From NCBI RefSeq assembly GCF_963921235.1, contig NC_086097.1:71302001-71366000 (forward strand): a DNA stretch of 64,000 bases, given 5' to 3'. The DNA comes from Mobula hypostoma (Eukaryota). A model generated the notes under the pieces. It had not been told where the DNA came from. It ran no database searches and was given only the letters and a program-made list of their open reading frames with translations. A program made the translations under genes and the position numbers. Below, piece by piece: positions 12,425 to 24,900 of the stretch (its first letter is position 1; each line of letters starts with the position of its first letter).

Positions 12425-14175
12425 ACATAGATGAGCTGGGCTGAAGGGTCTGTTTCTAAGCTGGACAACTCTATAATTCTCTGTACTTAAAGATTCTTCT
12501 TTTATGCTACACAATAGAAAAATCTTGCAGAATTTAAAAATAATAATATTTCTTGTCTCTTTTCTCTTTTACTCTAATTCCAGTTATTCTTTACTGCCAT
12601 TTCTATTTCTGTACCTACCTGTTAAGATGTTGTTCACTCAATCTAATCTATCTGTTATTTGAGCTCTTTCTCCATTTTCCTCTCAATGCGTTCATTGCAT
12701 GTTAAAGAGGCTAGAAAAATAGTCACTCTTTTATTCAATATTATGCAATTTAGACCTAATTTTCCCTCCAATCAGAAAGGTGGATGACAATTTCATTTTC
12801 TGTCTCTCTGGGAGTTCAACCAAGCACTTCTGGGACACTCAGCTTTGTGCAGCTGGCATGGCTTCTATGCCAATACATTTAGGAAGATATCATCTGCTCT
12901 GTAAAGTGTCTTCTGGAGTATTATGGGGGAAACTAGACTTAATTGTCTCAGTAATGGCCATCGTTGGTCACTCCCAGAAGAACCATGTTTGAAGATATAA
13001 TGCAACTTGAGACCGTCCAACACTGCAACGATTCTCCTTGCTGACACTGATCACAACAATCACCAAGATCCAGGCCTTGATTCCCATTGTGGATTTGATG
13101 CTTCTCTGATGTCCTGGTTCAAATTTATGATTCTCCCAACACTACAAATCCTGGTCTTTTCCAAATCTCCAAGACCCTTCCATTTCTCCAAGACTCCTCC
13201 AATTCTACAAATCACCCAAACTCCTGATCCATCCAAGAATTCCCAGTTTGCCCTGACCCCAGGTTCCAAACCTCCTAGAGCCACCACACATCCTGAACAC
13301 ATTCCCTTGTCCTTCCTAAAGAATTTCTTCATGTGCCCAGCCACAGATCTTCTTCTGTGAACTCACCTATAGGTCCTAATCACTATACTGCATCTGCTAG
13401 ACCATCATACTTCAACTGCCAAACTCTATCCCCAAGCCTGACTTTGGTCTGAGTACCACATCTTCAATTATTGTGCAAGAACTTTGGAGTGGGGTGTCAT
13501 GATCAACATGACTGTTAATGGCTCCAGTGTTATCAATGGGCAAAGCCAATTTCTTGATCAATTTAAAGGCTTTAAAGTGCACAATCATATTTAAATGGCT
13601 ATATTGCAAAATGCTTCACATATGCAAAACTTCAGTTTCTCAAGGAACCTTGAAACGTAAATGAATTTATAAGAGTGAGTACAGCACTTATGTATAAATT
13701 GATTTAATTCCTAATTGAATTAAATTCACAAGTACCTTGTTATTGCAGAGTAGATAAAAATGACTTACTGAAATATTCTCATGTATACCTCATAGTTTTG
13801 AATTTCAAGAAAGGAAATTTGAAATTATGATGTTTAATTGATAGCTTTTTTATATGATTGGCAAACGTGCCTGTTCCACACCTTCCCCATATTTATTAGA
13901 TCTTCTTCACAGGATTAAGTTAATTTAGTTCTGTTTATTGCAGTGAGTTGCAGCTGACTAAAGATACAGATTTATTGCTGTTATAGCTTTTATACAAGGC
14001 AAATTTTGCAAAAATTTATTAATCAGAAGCTGCATGCTACACTTGCACAATAAAACGGCCTTACATCAATCTGAGGTGCCAAAATACAATTCCAATCGTA
14101 TTTGTATTATCTATTTCTGACTGTTTTTATTTTTAGGTACTACTCTCTAATGGATAAATGCTTATCCATACAATA

Positions 14176-16740
14176 AACACAAAATGCTAGAGGATCTTGG
14201 CAAATCAGGCAGCATCTATGGAGGGGAATAAACAGATAAGTCGGGCCAAGACCCTTTATCAGGACAGGAAAGGAATGGAGCAGAAGCCAGAATAAGAAGG
14301 TGAGGAAGAGGGATGGGGTACAAGCTGACAGGCGATAGGTGAGACTGGTGAAGGGGAATGAAGTAAGAAGCTGGAAGGCAATAGGTAGAAGAGATAAAGG
14401 GCTAAAGGAGAAGGAATCTGGTAGGAGAGGACAGTGGCCAATGGAAGGAAGGGAAGGAGGAAGGGCACCAGAGGGAGATCATAGACAGGTGAGGAGAAGA
14501 GGAATAAGAGGGGAACCAGAATGGTAAAAAGAGAGAAATGCGGGAGGGGGGGATGGAGAGAAGAGAAGTTACTGGAAATTAGAATATCAGGTGATGCGCC
14601 TCCAACTTGATTATGGCCTCATCACGACAGTAGACGGTGGGCCATGGAAACCTAGACCTCTATACCTCCGTCTTCAACTGGATCCTTGACTTTCTCATCA
14701 GGAGACCACAGTGAGTGTGGATTGCATGCTTAGCCTACTGATCAACTCTCTCTACATCCATGACTGTGAGGCTAGGCAAAGCTTAAGTGCCATCTATCAA
14801 TTTGCCAATGGCACAATTGTTGTTGGTGAAATCTCAGATGGTAACAAGAAGGTGTACAGGAGTGAGATAGATCAGCTGGTTGAGTTGTCTTGTAACAACA
14901 ACCTTGTCTCAACATCAGTAAGACCAAGGAATTGACTGTGGACTTCAGGAAGGGTAAATTGAGGGATCAGCACAGTGGAATGAGTGTCAACATCTCTGAA
15001 AACTATTCCGGGCCGAACATACTGATGTAATTGCAAAGAAGGCACATCAGTTGCTATATTTCATTTCACCAAAGACTAGCAAATTTCTACAGAGGTATTA
15101 TGGAGATCTGGTATGGAGGGATCACTGCCTGGATCGGAAAAAGGTTGGAAACTCAGCCAGCTCCATCATGGGCACTATCCTTCCCAGTATCGAGGACATC
15201 TCCAAAAGGTGATGCTCAAAAATGCGGCATCCGTCATTAAGGACCCCCATCACCCAGAACATGCCCTCTTCTCATTACTACTATCAGGAGGATGTACAGG
15301 TGCCCGAAGACACACACTCAATGTTTCAGGAACAGCTTCTTCCCCACCTCATTAGATTTTTGAATGGACAATAAGCCAATGAATCCATGAATCCTAACTG
15401 ATAATTCTTTTGTGCAGTGGATGCTTTTTTGTTTTCATGTACAGTATACCCAATAAAGTGGCCACTGAGTGCATGCGTGAATGTAGGAGGTATCATCAGT
15501 TAGTTTATACGTATGTATAATATATAATATATTTATTTACACACCCACATGCTCACACACATACAGCATATATATACTTACTGTTATTGTCTTTTTGTGG
15601 AATTATGGTGAGATGTTCAATTTCATTTATTGTTACATTTTAGATTGGGTTATACAGTTGTTCGTTTGTATGTTTGTGGGTCACCTTGACTGTAATTGGG
15701 ATGGGTAATAGTCACCACCCCCGTCTGTATGTGGGTTGGTTCTCATGGAATGAAGTTGCTCTGTCTGCTATTGTGCTTGTCACAGTCAAACTAACAGTTG
15801 AGATAAATGAGCTCTTCTCATTTGTCATCGTGGACCGAATGCTCACCCCTATATATATATAAAAAATAAAAACTTTAATGTACTGCTGCCACCAAACAAT
15901 AAATGTCACAGCATATGTTGGCAATATTTAGCCTCTTCCTGATTCTGATTCTGATGTTGAAATGGGAATGGGAAGTCAAATTGAAATGGGTGGCAACAGG
16001 GAGATCATGAGTTTTCAATGGATGGAGCAAAGCTGCTTGACAAAGCAGTCCCTCAGTCTACGCCGGGTCTCAGCGAAGTAGAGGAGGCCACACTGGGAGC
16101 ATCAGATACAATAGATATCCCTGACAGATTGGCAGGGGAGGTGTTGCCTTACCTGGAAGGGGGGTTTGGGGCCCTCAGCGGTGGTGAGGGTGGTGCAGGA
16201 GCAGGAGATGCATTGGCAGGAGTGCCAGGAGGGATGAGTGGATTGAGGAATCACATAGAGAACCATCCCTATGGAAAGCGGAGATGGGGGTAGGGGAGGG
16301 AAAGATGTGCTTAGCGGTCGGACGCTCAGATGGTCATAGTTACAGAGAATGATGCTCTGGATATGTTAAGGGAACCCTATCTCTATTATGGCGGTAGGAG
16401 GCTGGGGTGAGGACAGGTGTATGGGAAATCAAGGAGATGCGGATGAGTGAAGTATTGATGATGCCCCCTTGTTCTTTGAAAAATGATGAAATCCGATACG
16501 TTCTAGAACAGAAAGCCTCATCCTGAGAACAGATGTAGCAGAGACCAGGTACTGAGAAAAAGGAGTAGCACTTTGACAGGTGTCAGATTGGGTAGAGGTA
16601 TAGTCAAGATAACCTTGAGAGTCAGTAGGTCTGTATAAGATATTAGTAGAAATCTAGAGTTAGAGGAATTGAGAAAAGGGGAAGAGGTGTCAAGAGATGG
16701 ATCAAGTTATTTTGAGGGCAGTGTGGAAGCTGGAGGCAGT
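14176..16740 (-). mobile_element. Decayed Penelope-like element (GIY-YIG region and 3' terminal repeat), interrupted at ~14650-15955
   Basis: The - strand at ~16063-16119 translates DIYCI*CSQCGLLYFAETR (GIY-YIG motif). 14176-14270 is the terminal repeat shared with the hammerhead inserts (decayed core near 14240-14270). Confidence 0.8.
14650..15955 (+). mobile_element. Rex1/Babar-type LINE fragment with secondary inserts
   Basis: NWILDFL, IYQFANGTIVVGEISDG, IKDPHHPEHALFSLL; ends in (GATTCT)n at ~15941-15955. Confidence 0.8.
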
Positions 16741-17263
16741 CTCCAACATCAGGTTCTGTTTTTGCTGATTTTACAAAATTTAAACTAAAAATGTTTTTTT
16801 AGCTGCTGAGTCCACTGAAGCCAATGTTTTATACATCTTAAAATCCACTTCAATTGTCTTAAATATAAATCGAAAAACCCAGAAAGTTGGACAGCATTTA
16901 TGAAGAGAAAAGTAGAGTTAACTTTTCAGGTAAATAATTTTCTGTTAATTCAGTTTTTCTTCAAATTTCAAAGTAAATTTATTATCAAAGTATGTATGTA
17001 TATGTTACTATATAGCACCCTGAGATTCATTTTCTTACAGGCATTTACAGGACAAAAAGACAGAGGTTAATGAAAAATGATATATGACATACACCAATCT
17101 GCAAAGGTGACAAGCTATACAAATAAAAATATTAATGCTGTTATCCAAGCTGTTATCCAGCTCAGTGCTTCTCATTGTTCTCCTTCCTGGCACTTATTCC
17201 TGCAACTCACATCAAAGTTGCTGGTGAACGCAGCAGGCGAGGCAGCATCTCTAGGAAGAGGCG

Positions 17264-17301
17264 CAGTCGACGTTTCAGGCCGAGACCCTTCGTCAGGACT
17301 A
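17264..17301 (-). ncRNA. Minimal type I hammerhead ribozyme motif
   Basis: The - strand reads UAGUC-CUGACGA-A-GGGU-CUCG-GCCU-GAAA-C-GUC-GACUG: complete core, stem I UAGUC/GACUG, stem II GGGU/GCCU, palindromic ACGU stem III, GUC cleavage triplet. Confidence 0.85.
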
Positions 17302-17926
17302 ACTGAAGGAAGAGTGAGTAAGAGATTTGAAAGTGGGAGGGGGAGGGGGAGATCCAAAATGATAGGAGAAGACAGGAGGGGGAGGGATGGAGCCAAGAGC
17401 TGGACAGGTGATTGACAAAAGGGATATGAGAGGATCATGGGACAGGAGGTCCGGGGAGAAAGAAAAGGGGGGGGGAACCCAGAGGATGGGCAAGGGGTAT
17501 ATTCAGAGGGACAGAGGGAGAAAAAGGAGAGTGAGAAAAAAAATGTGTGTATAAAAATATACACCTTATATTCCGTCTGGGTAGCCTCCAACCTGATGGC
17601 ATGAACATCGACTTCTCTAACTTCCGCTAAAGCCCCACCTCCCCCTCGTACCCCATCCGTTATTTATTTTTATACACACATTCTTTCTCTCACTCTCCTT
17701 TTTCTCCCTCTGTCCCTCTGACTATACCCCTTGCCCATCCTCTGAGTTCCCCCCCCAACCCTTGTCTTTCTCCCCGGACCTCCCGTCCCATGATCCTCTC
17801 ATATCCCTTTTGCCAAGCACCTGTCCAGCTCTTGGCTTCATCCCTCCCCCTCCTGTCTTCTCCTATCACTTTGTATCTCCCCCTCCCCCTCCCACTTTCA
17901 AATCCCTTACTCACTCTTCCTGCAGT

Positions 17927-17964
17927 TAGTCCTGACGAAGGGTCTCAGCCTGAAACGTCGACTG
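17927..17964 (+). ncRNA. Minimal type I hammerhead ribozyme motif
   Basis: TAGTC CTGACGA A GGGT CTCA GCCT GAAA C GTC GACTG; predicted cleavage after 17959. Confidence 0.85.
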
Positions 17965-20879
17965 TACCTCTTCCCAGAGATGCTGCCTGGCCTGCTGCGT
18001 TCACCAGCAACTTTGATGTATGTTGCTTGAATTTCCAGCATCTGCAGAATTCCTGTTGTTTACTTATTCCTGCAGCTTTTTTGCTTACTATTGAACTTAT
18101 TTGAAGTCATCTCATTGCTAAAATGCCTGAAAAAGAATTTTTGAGGAACATGTCAATAATCTGAGTCCATTTTAATGACCTTAATATTTAAAGTTTCATT
18201 GTTTTGCAGGCTGTCAAGTAAGACCTGACAGAGAAGGATCAAGGAGAGACTTTGTGCTGATGTCTGACAATACTATGCCCTTGCACGAACTCAGGGAAAA
18301 ACCAGGCTTATCTGCTGTTACTCTTTAACTTTGCAATAAACATTTCTTTAACAGGCCACAGTAAGTGACTTCTCATTCTGATTTGAAACTCTGCACTTCA
18401 ACACATCTGCTCCATCAGCATGAAAAGCAAATAAGTATGTACTGTATCAGGCTCTATTCCAGTCAATGAATATTTTATAACTGAAAAGTGTATAAGCTGG
18501 ATATGATGCAAAATTAACTATCACTTGCTGAAGCAAAGTTTATAGAACTTTCTGTGACTTGCCATTTCATTTCAAAGTAGTTTGCCCTGTTTCTGTGAGA
18601 ATCAAATATGGAACTGATTTAGAAGACATCTGTGGTGCAATCTTTTGTTGTTTCGTTCAACACTCAAAACAAAAGCACTGATCAGTGTTCATTCTTACCT
18701 GCTGAATTCCTTTCCTCTTTGCTTTGTTTTCCAACTGAATAATTTAGCCTTTTTCTAACTAAAGTTTCTTAAGAAAAAACTCAGGTAAGGATGTGCTGCT
18801 AAGTGTCAATAGACCAATATCATCCAGTGTTCATTTGTCTGTACGTGTTTGGAACAATATTTGTTCATTGTGTGTAGATTAAAGCATAGTGACACTAAAT
18901 ACTCTCCACAAACTTGATTCACATATGGGAAATAAGTACCTATTCAGTGGCTCTTTCATTTGTGTAGGCTCTCAAATAACCAAATTAGATATGATTTTGA
19001 TGAAACACATGCTGATGAAAGTAAAACTCCCATAACATAAGGTTGTTTTTGGACGAGGTGTAGTATTAAATTTCAAATCGTTAGTTAGTGTTTGTTATAC
19101 CTCTAAGCTGACAGCCGAGGTGAAGAAACACTTTTGTTTAAAATTGAGCGGAATTGAATGTTATATGGAACAAATTGATTGCTTAGACTTAATTTCCCCT
19201 TTTTTGAAAAATCGCTCAATACTCTGTTCCTTGCAGATTTTGGTGAAGTTTGACCAAAAAGGAGAATTATGAGTGACAGCAGTTTGGATGCATACAATTT
19301 CATATATAGGCTTCAGTTTGCGGAGACATTGGAGCATCAGCTGATCATGATGCACCTGTAATCATGCTCCTTTAACATTTATGATGAAACAAAATTGCAA
19401 TTTATCTGCAATACATGATGATAAACCTCAACAAGTCAACTGTGGAGTTTATAATATTTGAGCAGCATGGTTAACAACCAGGAAAACGAAGATTATTGTG
19501 AAGTACATTATAGTAAAAACAAAGACAATGCTATTTACTTAAATTTTAGATAAGTAAACTTAATATGAAAATGCACTAATTGGTAAGAAAGGGTAATACA
19601 TCTCAAAGCTTATTGCTTGTAAATGATACTAAAGCATGCAATAACATATACATTATGACATCTCTTATGAAGTGCTGCATGTGGGGACTGGAACTACAAA
19701 ACGTAAAGCAATATAACTTGTGGAAATGCAATTTTTCAGCTTGTTGATTTAAATTTTATGGTATCATACTATAGTTTTTGTGCTTCTTACAAATCCTGTT
19801 AATTTGCCAAACATGTCTCTCATCTTGCATTGCATCATGACAGATTTCTATAGCCTGTCTTTTAATAAGTAATACCTTCCTTGCTAATTTACGTCAAATC
19901 ATTTCAAAGTAAAAGCAGCTGCAGCAAAGAGAAAATAGTGAAGGTGTTAACTAAAAGTTCAGCAAAGAGATGAATTTAAAAGAGGCTTTTAAAGGCGATA
20001 TAGGAAACCAAGCTCGAGAGCATTGGTTAGCAAAATGGCTACTGGCTTAATTCATTTTCAACAACTGACAAAAATGCCTTCTGACCTGCTGAGTTTTTCT
20101 AGAGTCTGCCCCGTCAAGGTTCCACTATCTGATATTGTTCTGATTGCAATGCACAATTCTTTATTATCAGTGAGAAGGAAAGCAGGGAATTACAAAAGAC
20201 TAAATTCAGAATAAAAGATTTCCAGAGAAAGTGATTATAGGCCTGGAACAGGCTAGACCGATGAATAACTTGAAGATAATAATGTTGGTCTCCCATGTGT
20301 AGGATGCAATGATGGGCCTGTAACAAATTTGCCCTGTTGGGGAAAAGTGTGAATGAGAAGTTTATGAAGAGTTGAGGATATACATGTAGGACCAACAGAA
20401 GAGCATTGGAGCAATTACAGTTAAGGAATTACACGCAGGTTAAGATGAGTGAAGGAAAATAATATTGTGAGATTGGAAGGAGAAAGTATGAAAGATAAAG
20501 TGATAATGGGATTAGAAGATCAGTTTGATTTCAAACAAGGCACAGAAGTGAGAAGACTAAGAGTAACACTATTAGCGGAAAATAAGCCACTTGACACTAC
20601 TCAGTGTGCTCACTTTATCATTCAGGCTAACATTTTTGTTAAAAGTACCAAATGTAGGAAATATTGCCTAAATGGAAACTAACAAACCATAAGAAAACTT
20701 GAGAACCAGAAACAGAATCACATTTATCATTACAATATGAGTTGTCATCAAATTTGATGCCTTGGAAAAGCTGTACTGTGCACACATAAAATTACTATGA
20801 TGGCACCAAGATGTATTCTCTGTGGAGATTGTGGCTGAGACTCGATTGTTCATTAAGTTCGTAGGAATGGTTTTGGGGA

Positions 20880-21543
20880 CAGAGCGGAGTAAGCGGACAC
20901 ATTAGAGTTTAGAGACAAAGAAGTGGAGAATTTAGAGAGCAGGCCTCCACACTGTGCTCTGCGTTCAACAGCCAGCGATGATGACTAGTGATACAGGACA
21001 TGCCAATATAGGTCTCTGCTCCAGCATTGTGGACATTGGATAAAGGATATTCATGGATATCAGGTTGTCCCAGATCAGTGAATGTTGTTGTGAGCAAGAA
21101 CCATAAGGACTGGTCAGTTAGTGTGCTTGGAGTTGGAGACTGGAGATCGGGCTCCTGCCATCGGCTAGTCCAGGTGTGGATATCAAAGATTGAAGTCCGT
21201 AGGTGGATTGGAAGTCCAGAACTCATAGAATGATGGCTGGAGACTGGAGACTGGAGGCCTGGAGGCCCAGAGGTCCGTTCTGGAGTTGGAAGACTGTCTG
21301 TATGTGTGGTTGATAGGGAGGGTGGGAGAGAAGAAATGGGCTTGTTTTGTTGTTTGTCTTGTTCCGTTTTGTTGTGTTTTGTGTTGTTCTGCCTGCATTG
21401 TCAGCCTGCTATGTTAGCATCGGAATGTATTGTGACATTTCTGGGCTGTCTCCAGCGTATCATTAGGTATGTTGGCTGTTAACACAAACAACGCATTTCA
21501 CTGTATGCTTTGACGTACTTGTAATAAATCTGAATCTGAATCT
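20880..21543 (+). repeat. Non-coding interspersed repeat (SINE or LINE 3' UTR-like) ending in aataaa(TCTGAA)n
   Basis: A homologous copy lies on the opposite strand at ~47800-48200 (shared block translating HTxRQSSNxRT; ttaacaaccaacac/ttaacagccaacat). The left boundary is approximate. Confidence 0.6.
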
Positions 21544-21544
21544 T

Positions 21545-21830
21545 ACTATAAATTACAAAATAAATAAATAATGCAAAGAAAAATGAGTAGTGAGGCAGTG
21601 TTCATGGATTCATGGACCATTCAAAAAGCTGATGACAGAGGAGAAGAAGCAGTTCCTGAATGATTGAATGTAGGTCATCAGGCTCTTGTACCTCTTCCTT
21701 GATGGTAGAAACAAAAAGAAGGCGTATCCTATATGGTGAGGCCCTTAATGATGGATGCCATTTTGTTAAGCATTGCCTCTTGAGATGTTCTTGATGGTGG
21801 GGAGGATTATGACCGTGACAGATGTGGCTG
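21545..21830 (-). mobile_element. Rex1/Babar-type LINE 3' fragment
   Basis: The reverse strand matches the C-terminal region of the element at 26520-26720 (FRNSFFPSAI-like). Confidence 0.7.
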
Positions 21831-21939
21831 AACCTGAAATCCTCTTGCAATTCTATGTATTGGAATGTTCATACCATACCCCAACTTCCGGGGCACCTAG
21901 AGGCAACTCGAGTAGTAACAGTACTCTCAATGGATATGA

Positions 21940-24900
21940 TTAAATATTCTTGTTTCAGCCTGATACAGCAAAAAAACACAGCTCCTTCCGAAGTCAGTAC
22001 AGTCACCAAAGATGTCTTAATCAATTTAAACAAACTATCGCTGCTTAAAACTGATGGAAACAACTCAGATTGTGGACGGAAGCACCCATGGAGGAAGCGT
22101 GGCTGTAGATTAGGGTTACAAGTGCGTTTAAGGAAACGGGTTTTTAAACTCCCAATACCGACTATCTTGCTGGCAAACGTGCAGTCTCTGGTGAATAAAA
22201 TCGATGATCTCAGAGCTGGGAAAAAAAGGGACATTAGGACCGTGTGCGTCCATTGTTTCATGGAATCCTGGTTAACCACTTCCGTACCGAACGCAGCGAT
22301 TCAGATGGATGGGTTTACTATACACAGTCAGGGTAGATCTATAGAGTCTCTCAAAAGCAGAGGTGGAGGAGTATGCCTCATGATCAACTCTTCTAAGTCC
22401 TTAAATATATCAGTGCTGTCCCAATTCTGCTCACCAGACCTGCAATATCTAGCAGTTAAGTGCCGTCCTTTTTACGTACCATGGGAGTTCTCCAGGGGTC
22501 ATTTTTGTAGCAGTATACATTCCACGTCAGGCCAAAGTCAATCAGGCTTCAGATGATCTGAGCAATGGGATCAACATGCATGAAACAGCGCATCCTAACA
22601 CCTCCACCATTGTATTGGGAAATTTTAACTAGGCCAGCCTGAAAAAAATCACTAAGCAATATGCTGATGTAAATCTAGTCAAGAAGAAAAAAAGAGCTTA
22701 CAAAAGGTTCGAAGAACTAGGTAATGATAGAGATGTAGAAGATTATAAAGCTAGCAAGAAGGAGCTTAAGAAAGAAATTAGGAGAGCCAGAAGGAGCTAT
22801 GAGAAGGCCTCGGTGGACAAGATTAAGGAAAACCCCAAGGCATTCTACAAGTATGTAAAGAGCAAGAGGATAAGACCTGAGAGAATAGGACCAATCAAGT
22901 GTGACAGTGGAAAAATGTGTATGGAAACAGAGGAGATAGCAGAGGTACTTAATGAGTACTTTGCTTCAGTATTCACTACAGAAAAGGATCTTGGCAATTG
23001 TAGGGATGACTTACAGCAGACTGAAAAGCTTGAGCATGTAGATATTAAGAAAGAAGATGTGCTGGAGCTCTTGGAAAGCATCAAGTTGGATAAGTCACTA
23101 GGACCAGATGAGATATAGCTCAAGCTACTGTGGGAGGCAAGGGAGGAGATTGCTGAGCCTCTGGCGATGATCTTTGCACCATCAATGGGGACGGGAGAGG
23201 TTCCGGAGGATTGGAAGTTTACGGATGTTGTTCCATTATTCAAGAAAGGGAGTAGAGATAACCCAGGAAATCACAGACCAGTGAGTCTTACTTCAGTGGT
23301 TGGCAAGCTGATGGAGAAGATCCTGAGAGGCAGGACTTATGAATATTTGGAGAGGCATAATATGATTAGGAATAGTCAGCATGACTTTGTGAGAGGCAGG
23401 TCGTGCCTTACAAGACTGACTGAATTTTTTGAGGATGTGACTAAACACATTGATGAAGGTAGAGTGGTAGATGTAGTGTATATGGATTTCAGCAAGGTAT
23501 TTGACAAGGTGCCCTATGCAAGTAAGGAAGCATGGGATCCAAAGGGATATTGCTTTGTGGATCTAGAACTGGCTTCCCACAGAAGGCAAAGAGTGGTTGT
23601 AGATGGGTCATATTCTATATGGAGCTTGGTCACCAGTGGTGTGCCTCAGGGATCTGTTCTGGGACGTCTACTCTTCTTGATTTTTATAAATGACCTGGAT
23701 GAGGAAGTAGAGAGATGGGTTAGTAAATTTTCTGATGACACAAAGGTTGAAGGTGTTGTGGATAGTGTGGAGAGCTGTTAGAGGTTACAGCGGGACATCG
23801 ATAAGATGCAAAACTGGGCTGAGAAGTGGCAGATGGAGTTCAACCCAGATAAGTGTGAGGTGGTTCATTTTGGTAGGTCAAATATGATTGCAGAATATAG
23901 TATTAATGGTAAGACTTTTGGCAGTGTGGAGGATCAGAGGGATCTTGGGCCTGTGTCCATAGGACACTCAAAGCTGCTGCATGGGTTTACTCTGTGGTTA
24001 AGAAGGCATACGGTGCATTGGCCTTCATCAATCGTGGGATTGAGTTTAGGAGAGGAGGGGTGATGTTGCAGCTATATAGGACCCTGGTCAGACCCCACTT
24101 GGAGTACTGTGCTCAGTTCTGGTCGCCTCACTCTAGGAAGGATGTGAAAACTATAGAAAGGGTGCAGAGGAGATTTACAAGGATGTTGCCTGGATTGGGG
24201 AGCATGCCTTATGAGAATAGGTTGTGTGAACTCAGCTTTTTTTCCTTGGAGCGATGGAGGATGAGAGGTGACCTGATAAAGGTGTATAAGATGATGAGAG
24301 GCATTGATCATGTGGATAGTCAGAGGCTTCTTCCCAGGGCTGGAGTGGCTAGCATGAGAGGGCACAGTTTTAAGGTGCTTGGAAGTAGGTACAGAGGAGA
24401 TGTCAGGGGCAAGTTTTTACACAGAGAGTGATGAGTGACTGGAATGGGCTGCTGGTGACAGTGGTGGAGGTGGATACAATAGGGTCTTTTAAGAGACTCC
24501 TGGATAGGTACATGGAACTCAGAAAAATAGGCTATGGAGAACCCTAGGTAATTTCTAAGGTAAGGACATGTTTGGCACATCTTTGTGGGCCGAAAGGCCT
24601 GTATTGTGCTGTAGGTTTTCTATGTTTCTAATTACCATCAACAGATCACTTACAATACCAGAGGAAACAACACACTGGACCTTTGCTACACCACCATCAA
24701 GAATGACTACTGTGCTATTCCACACCCTCACTTCGGGAAGTCTGATGACCTGGCTGTATTTCTACTCCCTGAGTATAGGCAGAGACTGAAGACTGCAGCA
24801 CCAGTAGTGAGGGCCAGGAATGTATGGGCAAGGGAATCACAGGAGCGCCTACAGGACTGCTTTGAATCGGTAGACTGGACTGTATTCAGGGATTCATCTT

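Larger units (their letters stand above)
3575..12483 (+). mobile_element. Old CR1 LINE split by four later insertions (pieces ~3575-3950, 4272-4558, 5040-5472, 11041-11229, 12425-12483)
   Basis: Colinear decayed ORF2 pieces (EVLNKYFSPVF; ISKFADYT near 4297-4320; AYGIFAFIGQ near 5068-5097). The 3' end gggctgaagggtctgtttc...actctataattct resumes after the hAT element. Confidence 0.8.
17205..18061 (+). mobile_element. Penelope-derived insert: C-terminal coding stub plus terminal repeat, preceded by an inverted ~355-bp copy of that repeat
   Basis: 17205-17560 is the reverse complement of ~17665-18025. 17561-17629 encodes HLIFRLGSLQPDGMNIDFSNFR*, the typical end of a Penelope-like GIY-YIG protein. 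13-bp TSD ACTTATTCCTGCA at 17192-17204 and 18062-18074. Confidence 0.92.

Noticed and set aside
13130..13350. Pro/Ser-rich ORF and loose ccaaga/ctcc periodicity
   Set aside because: Low-complexity degenerate sequence with no clear repeat unit or domain.
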